A DNA stretch of 64,000 bases from contig OX597818.1 in the NCBI GenBank assembly GCA_951406725.2, positions 90,768,001 to 90,832,000 on the forward strand, read 5' to 3'. Position numbers and translations under genes: made by a program. Positions 41,139-53,943 of this stretch are shown piece by piece. The notes under the pieces were generated by a model that was not told where the DNA came from, made no database searches, and saw only the letters and a list, made by a program, of their open reading frames with translations. This DNA comes from Octopus vulgaris. Taxonomy: Eukaryota. Each line of letters begins with the position of its first letter. The first letter of the stretch is position 1.

Positions 41139-41739
41139 TGTGTGTGTGTATGTATATAGTGTGAGGACCTAGTGGCAAGGGTGTTGCTCTCACAATGGCA
41201 AAATGGTGGTTTCGATTCCCGGGCCGGACGAGAGGCGTTTTGTTCCTGAGCGAAATACTTCAGTGCACAACTTCAGTGCGCATTGCTCTACCATCTCACA
41301 TCGAACCTGACGGGAGGCATACCGTGCACCTATACAGGCAATGTCCATTTCATGAAGGTAGTGACCCAATCTAAAGCACAAATATCTGATCATTATAAAC
41401 AAATATTCTTTGCAGGTGGTTGAGTAAGTAGTGCAAGATGCTTATTTTGATAATTTTGGTGTGCAGCATTTTCGATAACAATATCTGAATGAAGACTTTA
41501 TGCAATTCTCGTAATGATACCCTGGATGTATTTGTGACACACTAATTTTTATATGCATGTGTATCATCTGTTTTAACTTCCATCACATGTGAACTGGCAT
41601 TCAGCCAATCAGAGAGCATTAATAGTTGACAGTATCTTCATATTTCCTTAAAGAATATATTCGACCTTTGTGACAATTGTTTCCTTCTCACAAAAGGAAC
41701 AATAAACACACACACATATTTATACATCTATATTTTCTG

Positions 41740-41893
<154 letters not shown>

Positions 41894-42940
41894 ATGTGTG
41901 GGTGTATGTATGCGTGTATGTATGTATATGTTTTTTCGATGCAGGCAAAAGAAAGCCAAATAAAAACAAGTGAGCTATGCTTTAATATTTTAGTTCTAAC
42001 CAGAGATATCTTCAGAGAAATGAGCAGAATTTATTGCTGCGAATATCGAAACGGCAAATGCAAATAATGCAACGCTTTAAAAAATATCTGTAAAGATAAT
42101 GAAAAATATAAAAGGTTTAAAAGAAGAGAATAAAGAGAAATTATTTGAAATATTCAAAACGTTGCCTTTATTGAAATTGTAACAAGAGATCAGAGCCATA
42201 ATATTTTTAAAGAGAAATAACATGACAAATTCCTTTTAGAAAATCTGGCAGTATCAGATAGGTTTTTTTTCTTTCTTTTTACTTCTTTTGAAATGAAGAT
42301 CATATACTTCAAAATCTGCTGGTGTTTTATTTCTTAACTTTACCATTATTAAAATTCCAACAAAAAGAAAACAAAGCAGTTGTAATTTTAACGACACAAA
42401 ATATATAATCCTTTAAAAAAAATGTCAATGCTGGTTGGGTTTTTAATCCAGTGGTTTATTTATAGGCGCAGACCAGGATGTGGTGTAAGATAAATGAGAC
42501 CAAGACCAAACATGTATAGTGTTTTCCACTATAATCCCAAAGTGACCAGAGCCTTGTAATTCGATTTGGTAAAAAGAAACTGTGTGAGAAGGTCATCGCA
42601 CGCACACACACACATGTATGTATGTATGTATGTATGTATGTATGTATGTATGTATGTATGTATACAGACATATACATACATACAGAGAGAAAGAGAGAAA
42701 GAGAGAGAGATCAAAACAGATCAATTGAGACTCCTTGGTTTACTAATAGACATTAGCCTAACGTCTAGTAGTAAAAATTGACTCTCTTCAATCGAACTCT
42801 CATTCAGATCCCAATGGCCGAAGACTAGCCACACGCTTGTAACTCAGAGTACCAAGGAATCTGAATCAAACTGTTTTGATCTATACATGTAATTCCCAAC
42901 AAATTTGTTGAGTGCTCTTCTTACGTTTGTCTACACACAC

Positions 42941-42999
<59 letters not shown>

Positions 43000-43644
43000 T
43001 ATATGGGTACAGGACGTCATCAACATGAAATACGAAAATAAATGTGAGTTAAATACGCAAATAACGAGACAGAAAAAATAGAAAGCAAGACAAGTAATAC
43101 AAAGAACGACCTTTCATCAGATGTCGACTGTCTATCTACTCCCCATTTCGAGCAATCAACAACAATATGAGTCTTCGAAGACAGTTGCTCCCATGAATAC
43201 CATAATAAAATTCGGGGTTTATGAAGGGTCAACGTTAGGAACAAAAACAGGACAGAGGAGACATACAGGGAAACCGAACGTAAACAAACATGAGGGTTCA
43301 TTAGATCTGAACGAAGGGAAAATAGTGAGCGCTGAGAGAAACATTTTCTTTGAAAAGAGAAAAGAAAGAGAGAGATAGGAGACGTCCAGTCCTTAGAATG
43401 TCCGTGCAGGAAAGAAAGATGGTTACGTGAGTAAAAGAAAGATGGACAATAGTCACGTGTGGGCAACGAGAGAGAGAGAAAAGAGAATGAGGGGGAGAGA
43501 GAGACATATAGAAAACGGTGAAAGAGAGAAAAAGGAAACTAGAGAGGATGGGGAAGAAAACAAATTAGAGTAGAGTCACATCAAAAAGGTTAAGATAAGC
43601 GTACTTGGAAATGGATGCACGGCATTCAATTAAATAATAATATT

Positions 43645-43739
<95 letters not shown>

Positions 43740-44384
43740 TATATGGGTACAATACGTCACCATACATCACCATACATATGTCTGTGTGTCTGTGTATGTA
43801 TGTGTATGTGTGATTGCGTGTGGTGTGTTTGTCTTTCTCTTTGCCAACCACTGCTGCTTGACAATCTGTACCACGCTTCTAAAAAAAAAAAAGTAACGAC
43901 TGGGGTCGATATGTTCAACTGAACTTTTCAAAGTTCCTGATCAAACACAGAAACAAGTAAAAGACTAAACATAAAAAGTATGCTGAAAATTTATTGGTAT
44001 TCTATTTTTTAAAATTTGTCATTGAGAACCAATTTTTTGCTTTTATGCTTAATATATATATATACATTCTTGAAATCATAACATGGAATAACCAAACAAA
44101 TAGTTTGAGTGTAAGGTGTATACAGATGTAAATAAATAAACACACATACACACACATACACACTCACACACACACACACACAAACACACATACATACAGA
44201 CACGAACACTCACAAGCATACATACATATACGCATATACATAGATGTTCCATCACTACTTATATCTCTCTGAGATATTTAGAAATTTAATATTTCTATTT
44301 TTGGTGATCAGTGAATTTACTTCACTGAAATCATAAATGTTTACAAAGTTTAGACAGGTATCTTCAGCTAGCAGGCCATGCTAC

Positions 44385-44427
44385 TCCAAACTGATGACGA
44401 GCAAAGACTCAGAAACTAGTCTCTGGA
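44385..44427 (+). ncRNA. Minimal type I hammerhead ribozyme motif (intron 4 of gene 2, sense strand)
   Basis: tccaaa-CTGATGA-c-gag caaaga ctc-a-GAAA-CTAG-TC-tctgga: intact core boxes, palindromic stem III, GUC triplet, stem I 5/6 paired. Confidence 0.7.
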
Positions 44428-44620
44428 TGCAGGCTTAGCAGGATGGGGGTGCTTGTCTCCCCTTTGTAAACATAAGGACACAAGAAATGTGTCAAGGCCG
44501 ACAGGAAGCGTTGATGCTTCCTAGGGCTAAATAACGGGGACATAAACAGACCAACACCGGCTCTCAAGCGGTGGCGGGAGACAAACACAGATAGACAGAC
44601 ACGCAAACACAGATAAATGC

Positions 44621-44657
<37 letters not shown>

Positions 44658-44661
44658 ACAA

Positions 44662-44705
<44 letters not shown>

Positions 44706-44714
44706 CTCTCTCTC

Positions 44715-44775
<61 letters not shown>

Positions 44776-44937
44776 AGGAGATGTACTCGCATAGCAAGTG
44801 ATTTGATCTGAGATAACCAGCGTGGAAGGTGGCGTCATTTAAAGGCTAAAACAATGCATTTAGATTTGCAAAATATTTTGTGACCAGCGATGTGTACTGG
44901 CAACATCTGATAGCCTGGTCGGTCATGTGATCATGTG

Positions 44938-44985
<48 letters not shown>

Positions 44986-44995
44986 GATACATATA

Positions 44996-45054
<59 letters not shown>

Positions 45055-45099
45055 AAATTATTGTTGTTTTAAGGAGCTCTTATTTGTCTTTTTTCGCAG

Positions 45100-45207
45100 T
45101 CTGAAAGCCGAACGAATTATTTAGAAACATGCAACAGAGTACTGCCATATTTGGAAAATTGTTTGCAATCAAAAGAAAATTCTGGTCAATATTTTACGGG
45201 AGATAAG
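45100..45207 (+). CDS. S-crystallin-like gene 2, exon 5 (108 nt)
   Basis: tctttttttcgcag|TCT ... AAG|gtagga; SESRTNYLETCNRVLPYLENCLQSKENSGQYFTGDK, aligns ungapped to the 16754-16861 exon. Confidence 0.93.
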
Positions 45208-45593
45208 GTAGGAGACTAAAGTTTCGTAATATGCCGCTTTGTATGTTATTTATTTCATTATCTACTTATATTTTTGAAGTCTGCGGTAATTTTTCTTAAT
45301 GGACGAGTATTATTTACGTATAATGACTTTGCCCCACATACTTTCGTAGTAGTAGTGGTGGTGGTGGTGGTGGTGGTGTGGGTTGGGGCGACAGGCAAAG
45401 GCTTTGAATATCAAAATTACTTTGAATACTAAAATATAAATTTATGTGATTAGATCTTTGGAATACTAATTCACATATGAACAATATACAATAGACACAC
45501 GTGTGTAGGTGTCTGTCTGTATCTGTGTCTGTGTAGTAGAAAGAGGGTTGGGAGAGAAGTGTGTTATGAACGGTTTTCAATCTTTAACAATGC

Positions 45594-45723
45594 TATCGAC
45601 ACTTTGCCTACGACCCATCTTTATTTGTGTGTATAAAACACACAAAGAAACTCCCACACACATATAATTCATATATACATCATACATAAATACATCATAC
45701 GTAAATATATATGTATGTGTGTG

Positions 45724-45771
<48 letters not shown>

Positions 45772-45836
45772 ACGAACATGTACATGTGGGAATATATATA
45801 TATACATATATATTCCCACATGTACATGTTCGTGGG

Positions 45837-45890
<54 letters not shown>

Positions 45891-46014
45891 CAACACATAC
45901 ATATATATTTACGTTTGATGTAGTTATGTATGATTATATAATTATATGTGTGTGGGAGTTTCTTTGTGTGTTTTATACGCACAAATAAAGATGGGTCGTA
46001 GGCAAAGTGTCGAT

Positions 46015-46015
<1 letters not shown>
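45594..46015. repeat. ~420-bp near-perfect palindrome (foldback) in the last intron of gene 2
   Basis: 45594-45669 reverse-complements 45940-46015; pairing continues inward through cacgaacatgtacatgtgggaat / attcccacatgtacatgttcgtg. Confidence 0.9.
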
Positions 46016-46092
<77 letters not shown>

Positions 46093-46566
46093 GGATGAAG
46101 TTATCTTCGTCCTTTAATAGGCATTTTTGCATAGATTTCTAAAGTTCTTTCTTCATTCGTTATTTAGGAATTTAAAAAAAAAACCTGCATAAGTATGAAA
46201 GCATGTAAATAAATAATTAATATCAGATTTAATTATTGAACAAGGTTTCGTATCCGAATTCAAAAAATCAATACAGGCGGCATATATTGTCATTACTGAT
46301 GTTAATTAAGACGTTAACCCGCCGGACAGAATGCTTAGCGACATTTCTTCAGGTTTGATACGTTCTAAGTTTAAATACGCACGAAGTTAACGTTGCTTTC
46401 ATCCTTTCGAAGTTGTTAAAATAAGCACCTGCAGTGTACTGAGGTTGATATAGTCTACTAGTTACCTCCACTAAAATTCAAGCTTTGTGCTTTCACACAG
46501 CAGTAGTCCTTTCTACTGCTGTTAGCAATCTAACATTATATAGGTAGCTAATATACTGTTCATAAT

Positions 46567-46883
46567 GAAGGCGCGTGGCTTAGAGCATTCGGTTCACGAC
46601 TGTAAGGTCGGGAGTTCGATTCCCGGTGACGCGTTGTGTCCTTGAGCAAGACAATATATTTCACGTTACTCCAGTCCACTCAGCTGGCAAAAATGAGTTG
46701 TACCTGTATTTCAAAGGACTGGCCTTGCCGCACTATGTGTCACGCTGAATCTCCCTAAGTACAACGTTAGGTGTACTCGTGACTGTTGGATTGCTCAGTC
46801 ACTTGCACGTTAATTTCACGAGCAGACTCTTCCGTTGATCGTATCAGCTGGGACCCTCGTCGTCGTAACCGACGGAGTGCTCC
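46567..46883 (+). mobile_element. SINE family D-like head with tail type 1
   Basis: ggcgcgtggcttag...gagttcgattccc; tail as 8296-8477; ataatg on both flanks. Confidence 0.82.
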
Positions 46884-47567
46884 TATAATGCCAAGATTTT
46901 CAATGTCGTTCATTCTCGACAACCTAAGTCTTGACTTTCATTATCCTTATTTGAAATGGAATATTTTGAAATATTTCGTTCGTTACAGATACGCAAATTG
47001 TGATTTTCATATCTCACCAGTTTTCTTTTTATGATTATTGCTTCTCTTTTACAAACATTCATATATAAATGATATCAATTTGGCTTATGAGAAAAAAATA
47101 CATATATATCCTACATATACTATGTGACCCTTTGAAGTCTCCTCGTAACGTTACTCTGGTTGACGTTGTGTTCGTCGTAGAAGAGTGATATCAAAGTATT
47201 TAGCTCTATTATGAAACATATTTTGTTTCAAGTATTGCTTCTATAAAGATCAAAAGAGGTCTAACATAGCGACTAAGGATATAATTAGTGGATACAGAAG
47301 TCATAAATGAAGGTTTTTAGAAACACTTATAAACATAATGAGAAAATCCTATAGAGTGAATTAATCTTGTCATTTATATATATGTATATATATTTATATC
47401 TACCTCCCTCTCTCTCTCTGTCTCTGTCACTCACGCACACACACACATTTATAGAATAATACGTCATAGAGTCGCAGAGAGAGATGTACCAGACACGTTT
47501 CTCTCTCTTTGTCTCTCTCTATCTTTCTCTCATATAATGTCTTCTTTTTTTCTCTCTTTCTCTTTAG

Positions 47568-47732
47568 ATCAAGCTCTGTGATTTAATGTGTTACTCTGCC
47601 TTGGAGAATCCGCTAATAGAAAATCCATCTTTACTAAATGATTTCCCGAAACTTCGAAACCTAAGACAACAGGTTGCTGCAAACCCAAAAGTTTTATCAT
47701 ACTTGAAAAGTCGCAACGAAACGGACTGCTAA
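47568..47732 (+). CDS. S-crystallin-like gene 2, exon 6 (165 nt incl. TAA); spliced CDS 663 nt = 220 aa
   Basis: Long pyrimidine tract + tctttag|; IKLCDLMCYSALENPLIENPSLLNDFPKLRNLRQQVAANPKVLSYLKSRNETDC*, aligns ungapped to 18311-18475. Confidence 0.95.
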   Translation: MKLCDLMCYSALENPLIENPSLLNDFPKLRNLRQQVAANPKVLSYLKSRNETDC

Positions 47733-48299
47733 TATTACAATTAATTATGATTTTATGGGAGAAATCTAGTGAAATCGTATTGAATGTGCGAAGTAATATC
47801 TTGGCTGTTCAAACGATAAAACCTAGTCATATTCTTGCTTGGAGAGTTCTGAAACTTTGTCTTTCTTTTATCAATGCTAAATAATGTTTGTGGAAGATTT
47901 TAATACAGTTGTAACTATGTCGTTGTTCGTGAATTCACTTGTAAAGCATTCTAGTTATTAAAGTTATTACAGCATACTGATTTCTGTTATTCATGTTTAG
48001 GTGCTCTTCTTATCAACGTCATCAAAGCTGCATTGATGTCCCAATATATGCCTCATAGAGATCACGTCCCAATATATGCGTCATAGAAATCAAATGTCAA
48101 CCTACTTATCCTATAACATGTTTCACAAATGACTACAGTTTTCTGTTACTATTGTTCTCTATGTGGCGTTGCAAAATTGCCACAAAGTCAGGCCCATTTG
48201 CATATCGAAGATAGAATTCGACCTGTGAGTCCACCATTGATACACACATACATGCACGCACACACTCCCATACGCATGCACACACATGCATGTACGCAC

Positions 48300-48555
48300 A
48301 CATATCAATAGAAGCATGTGCGGCTCTACTGACTTGCATTCTCTAACTTTTCAGACCATTGCGCAGGCGCAGAACATACCCGACAAACAGAGAGGGTTCT
48401 GGTATAGGGTCTACGATCAAAATTTATCGAGAAATATGTAAACATAGTAAAAAGGTAATAAAATAAATTATTCGGGTATGTTCTGCGTCTGCGCAATGGT
48501 CTGAAAAGTTAGAGAATGCAAGTCAGTAGAGCCGCACATGCTTCTATTGATATGT
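48300..48555. repeat. 84-bp inverted repeat (1 mismatch) with 88-bp spacer
   Basis: 48300-48383 is the reverse complement of 48472-48555. Confidence 0.95.
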
Positions 48556-48574
48556 ACTTCTAGGATAACAAAGG

Positions 48575-48651
48575 ATGCTTACTGAAGAGTCTAGCCTTGG
48601 CAGATAAATTATATTTACTGCTAAAAAAAAGACGAAACTGCAGTATAACAT
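48575..48651 (+). ncRNA. Minimal type I hammerhead ribozyme motif
   Basis: atgctta-CTGAAGA-GTC...GAC-GAAA-CTGCAG-TA-taacat: canonical core, G-C closed stem II, palindromic stem III, GUA triplet. Confidence 0.75.
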
Positions 48652-48854
48652 GAACCGAGTTTGTAAACGTTTTTGATTTTCATTTCATTGAATTTATCCA
48701 CTTTTTGTGTATCTAGTACTTGCTTCTTCTTTTAGAGGCCTTTTAATGTACTTATATATGAATAACATATAGCCTAATGGCTAACTTGTCTTTTGTGCTA
48801 GATCACCGGTAATAATATTTATTTTATTACTTTTTAATATGTATATATATATGT

Positions 48855-48906
<52 letters not shown>

Positions 48907-48957
48907 CAAATGTATGTATATATATACATATATATGTATATATACATACATACATAC

Positions 48958-49079
<122 letters not shown>

Positions 49080-49148
49080 GGAAAAAAAATTCCGTAATGA
49101 AATAAAAAACCAAGACTGTGTAGACTTTAGAAGATTTATAAATAGAAG

Positions 49149-49196
49149 GTCTTACAGCTGTTTCTAGGATATCTATTATACCCCTTCATCGGAGAC
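49149..49196 (-). ncRNA. Degenerate minimal hammerhead motif
   Basis: - strand gtct-CCGATGA-agg...cct-a-GAAA-CAGCTG-TA-agac; one core substitution; same family as 58587-58642. Confidence 0.55.
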
Positions 49197-49346
49197 GGTG
49201 TGAGAAGATGGTTAAGCAATAGTTAATTTAGATTAGATACGAAGTAGAGAGTGACGTGTGCATATATATAGATATAGATATAGATAGATAAACAGACAGA
49301 CAGACAGATAGATAGATAGATAGATAGATAGATGGATGGATGGATG

Positions 49347-49406
<60 letters not shown>

Positions 49407-50607
49407 TGTTTCTTTATTAGCCACACAGGGCTGCACACAGATAGAACAAATTACAAGGTAGAGCTTTTCTTTTGAAGGTTTAAAAAAAAGGAAGGGGGAG
49501 TTTCGATCAAAAGGGATCGTAAAAGGAGAGAAAGAGGACAAAAAGGGGGTTAAAAAAAAGGGGGAGAGGAAAAAAAAATTGATCAATAGGGATCGTTATC
49601 ACAGAAATGTCAATATGAAGTGTAAAGGGGAGGACAGGTGAGGTTTACCCGTGGAAAGAAAAGCCTACGGAAAAGACCACGGTAACCTCGGTCAATGGAG
49701 TCACATGTTATATTTCTTTTTTTTTTTTTTTTTTTTTTTGCGAATAAGCAACTCTCTGTTTTCAATTTCTGGGTTCATAGGATCATGCTCAAGGTGGCTT
49801 CGTCATTCATACGTACCATTCTTGCTACATTCACCCATCTTTTTTTAAAACATTCGCTAGACAAAACTTGCCTCTCTACTCTCACTTTCCTTTTCAAGTG
49901 GTACTTGAAGAAGTTGATGAGAGATTGACCAGAGAGGAAAGTGTTTGTCTCCAATCCTTTCAGACGCGTCCACCAGATACATTCTTTCGCCATAGCCACA
50001 AGGATGATGAAAATAGCTCTTCCTTCCCGTTTGAAGGAAGGAGGCGTGACAATATTGACGATAGACTCAGCTGATAAACCGACTCGTCCCACACGTGACA
50101 GCAGTTGTTCGACATAAGCCCACAGGTCGGAAATTGTTGGACACTGCACGAGTGCGTGCAGAACGGTTTCGTCGCTCTGCCCGCATCTCGGGCAGGTCGG
50201 CCCCGTGTTTCTCGAGCCGTGTCTGTAGAGCTTATCCCGAACGCGTAGCGCTTCTCGGTAGCACTGCCAGGCCAGGGATCTCTGGAAGTTGTCCATGGGC
50301 CCTGGCCCGAAAGTCGTTTGAAACAGGCGGGTCAGGTACTCCTCGTCGACGTCCAGGTTCGCCCCGAGCTCGTCGTCGTACCTCCCCTCCACTAAACCCC
50401 TATAGAATGCTTTGGTTGTGTTGAAGTCACTCAAGGTCGACCCAGAACGGCAGAGGTGCTTGAGAGCAACGCGACACTCGCGGTGCCATTCGCCCTTCCT
50501 CGGCCTCTTTTTGATCCACGACTGCAGTTCGGTCATGGAGACGAGCTGCGGGAAAGCGTGCCTCACAAACGGCGACCACACCTGTTCACCGTCGTCTACA
50601 TAGAGCC
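49407..50607 (-). mobile_element. 5'-truncated L1/Tx1-like LINE (zf-RVT C-terminus + 3' UTR) embedded in (GATA)n
   Basis: Open 268-aa ORF 49775-50581 with CPRC..ETVLHALVQC zinc motif, GC-rich; - strand ends AATAAAgaaac then (TATC)n; (GATA)n on both flanks. Confidence 0.85.
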
Positions 50608-50704
<97 letters not shown>

Positions 50705-51156
50705 TGCCTACATGTCACTACTTGAAGAGAATTTCTTGTCCTCACGGTTCTAGAAAGAGGTCGATCATCATTATGGTCGTATCTGTAGCTGATAGCTAGA
50801 TCTATCCCCTACCTAATAACAGCTGTTCAACAAAACATCACAAATCAGAAACGCTAATGCATGTTCATTTCTGTTGTTCTGTGCGCCTTGATAAGCCTTG
50901 CTGACCTTACTCTGTTTTGGCGGTTTTCTTTACAAGAGAACATTGTTTTTGTTTTTTGGGTGAGGTTCCATGACAATGGAGATGGATAGATAGAAATATA
51001 GGTAGGTAGTTAGATAGATAGTCAGAAAGATAGATAGGCAGAGGGAGAGGGAGAGGAAAAGGTATCCCCCTTCCTATTCACCATTTATTTATTTATTTAT
51101 TTAGCCATTTACCCTTGTATTGGAATGTGTTGAAGGATGGTGACCTCTTCAAAAGA

Positions 51157-53835
51157 AAAAAACAGGTGCGGTATAGTCATCACTGAATAGCTTTGCTTTC
51201 TTTCTCTCTTCCCCTTTCCTTCTTTTTCCCCTCTTTCTTTCTTTTTTCTCCTCTTTGAGCTATATTTAGAATGGAAAATTACTGTCTCCGCTTTTTATTT
51301 TCAAACATTCAATTTAGGAGAGAATATTTTGATGAAATGTAACTCCATTGCTTTTCGGTATTGCGGATCGTCCCGTGCACATTTGTAAAAGGGAAAATTT
51401 TGAATTTTTCATAGCTGCATATTTCCAAATGCTTACCTAATGGAATCTTGAGTAATTCCTCTTGTCGGATATGTTGCCTGTGGATACTTGCACGGTGGCA
51501 GGGGGAATTACTTATTTCGCCAATGTAAATTTCTTTGCGGTTTGTGTAGGTAATGCAGTATATGAGGCTTTGCGTTTTGCAGTTCATATCAGCATTAATT
51601 TTGAAAAATGATCTACTCTAGAATTTTATGTGTGAACCACTTTCGAAGTATTTGAAGTTGTTGTTATTGTTGCACGTTCCACATCTCCTACCTTCTTATT
51701 CATTCTCTGATTTGAATTCTGCCCTTGTGAGGTGTTTTTAATAATTTTTAGTTGGCGTCTGCTATTCCATAAGGTGTTTTTTTTTCAATCATATTTTCCA
51801 TTTTGGGGCTTTGTAGGAGTATAGGTAAGTTAATTTTATGGCGTGAAAAATGTTGGTTATTCCAGAACTGTGTGTTAACAAACGAAATCGTGCTTTCATT
51901 AACTTTTTCCTTATGTGTCTGTAGTTGGGTGATGTTCAGTTTCATCGCCTTTTTAATTCTCTCATTAATTAGGACGCCTTTAAGTTTGTTGGGTCGGATT
52001 TCACGTGTTTTGGGGTCAGTCATTATAGTACGGATGCGTCTTGCTATATTGTATAGTATGTTTCTTTTGATGTGTGATGGATGGCAAGAGTAGAAATTTA
52101 AATATTAGTGTGTGCCAGTCTTTTTGTAAAATATATCTGTTGTGGCTGTGGAGTTCTGTATTTTGATGTGGATATCTAAAAAAACAGGTGCGGTATAGTC
52201 ATCACTGAATAGCTTTGCTTTATTTCTCTCTTCCCCTTTCCTTCTTTTTCCCCTCTTTCTTTCTTTTTTCTCCTCTTTGAGCTATATTTAGAATGGAAAA
52301 TTACTGTCTTCGCTTTTTGTTTTCAAACATTCAATTTTGGAGAGAATATTTTGATGAAATGTAACTCCATTGCTTTTCGGTATTGCGGATCGTCCCGTGC
52401 ACATTTGTAAAAGGGAAAATTTTGAATTTTTCATCGCTGCATATTTCCAAAGGCTTACTTAATGGAATCATGAGTAATTCCTCTTGTCGGATATGTTGCC
52501 TGTGGACACTTGCACGGTGGCAGGGGGAATTACTTATTTCGCCAATGTAATTTTCTTTGCGGTTTGTGTAGGTAATGCAGTATATGAGGCTTTGTGTTTT
52601 GCAGTTCATATCTGCATTAATTTTGAAAAATGATCTGCTCTAGAATTTTATGTGTGAACCACTTTCGAAGTATTTGAAGTTGTTGTTATTGTTGCACGTT
52701 CCACATCTCCTATCTTCTGATTCATTCTCTGATTTGAATTCTGCCCTTGTGAGGTGTTTTTAGTTGGCGTCTTCTATTCCATAAGGTGTTTTTTTCAATC
52801 AAATTTTTCATTTTGGGGCTTTGTAGGAGTATAGGTAAGTTAATTTTAAGGCGTGAAAAATGTTGGTTATTCCAGAACTGTGTGTTAACAAACGAAATCG
52901 TGTTTTCATTAACTTTTTCCTTATGTGTCCGTAGTTGGGTGATGTTCAGTTTGATCGCCTTTTTAATTCTCTCATTAATTAGGACGCCTTTAAGTTTGTT
53001 GGGTCGGATTTCACGTGTTTTGGGGTCAGTCATTATAGTACAGGTGCGTCTTGCCATATTGTATGGTATGTTTCTTTTGATGTGTGATGGATGGCAAGAG
53101 TAGAAATTTAAATATTAGTGTGTGTCAGTCTTTTTGTAAAATATATCTGTTGTGGCTGTGGAGTTCTGTATTTTGATGTGGATATCTAAGAATTGTAGTT
53201 CCTTGCAACTGGATTCTGTCGTGAATTTGATGGGTGGGTGAAGTGATTTCAGTATGCTGTTAAATATACTTAGATCTTCATTCGATCTGTCCCAGAACAT
53301 GAAGCAATCATCAAGGGAGCGTTTCCAGTTTTTAATGATATATTTCTAGTACTCCTGACCAAAAGTTTTTTTCACCTTCCCCATAAAGTTTTTCTCCCAA
53401 GTGTCCTATAACTAAGTTTGCATTTGAGGGTGAACACGTACCCATAGCCGTGCCCCTTTCCCGTCGATATATTTTATTGTCGAATCTAAAGGTATTTTCT
53501 TCTAGTACTAGGCGTGTGGCCTTTGTGATGAAGTCAGTCTTGAAGTGTTCATTTACCCGTCCTCTATGTTTCGCTTTCCAGTATTTGATTGCTTCTAGGC
53601 CTAAAGTGGAAGGTATATTAGTATAGAGATAGGTGACATCACAACTTGTGAGTATAGTACCTTCTGCGACAATGTGAGCGATGTGTTGGATGAAATCTAT
53701 GCCATCCCGTACATAACTGGGTATTAAAGAGTACAAAAGTTTCAGGGGTATATCTAAAAATGACTTAGTTGTTATGTTGGTGCTTGAAATCCAGCAACTA
53801 TTGGTCTTAGTTTGAGGTCAGCTGGCCTTAGTGTT
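51157..53835 (-). mobile_element. Penelope-like element (RT + GIY-YIG endonuclease), degenerate, with ~1.02-kb tandem repeat of its 3' part
   Basis: LRPIVAG, CDVTYLYTNIP, GTAMG, WKRSLDDCF RT motifs; CGTC linker; LIYCIT...YIGE GIY-YIG motif twice; 51157-52177 repeats 52178-53187. Confidence 0.9.
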
Positions 53836-53869
53836 TTTACGTACTGGTTCATCTGCTTATTTATGGTAA

Positions 53870-53943
<74 letters not shown>

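Noticed and set aside
41416-41423. Possible 8-nt micro-exon (tttgcag|GTGGTTGA|gtaagt) in gene 2 intron 4
   Set aside because: Not a multiple of 3 between phase-0 exons and lies at the end of a SINE-like copy
41990-42100. Possible extra loop exon for gene 2
   Set aside because: All frames hit stops before a credible donor; no SDMR-like content
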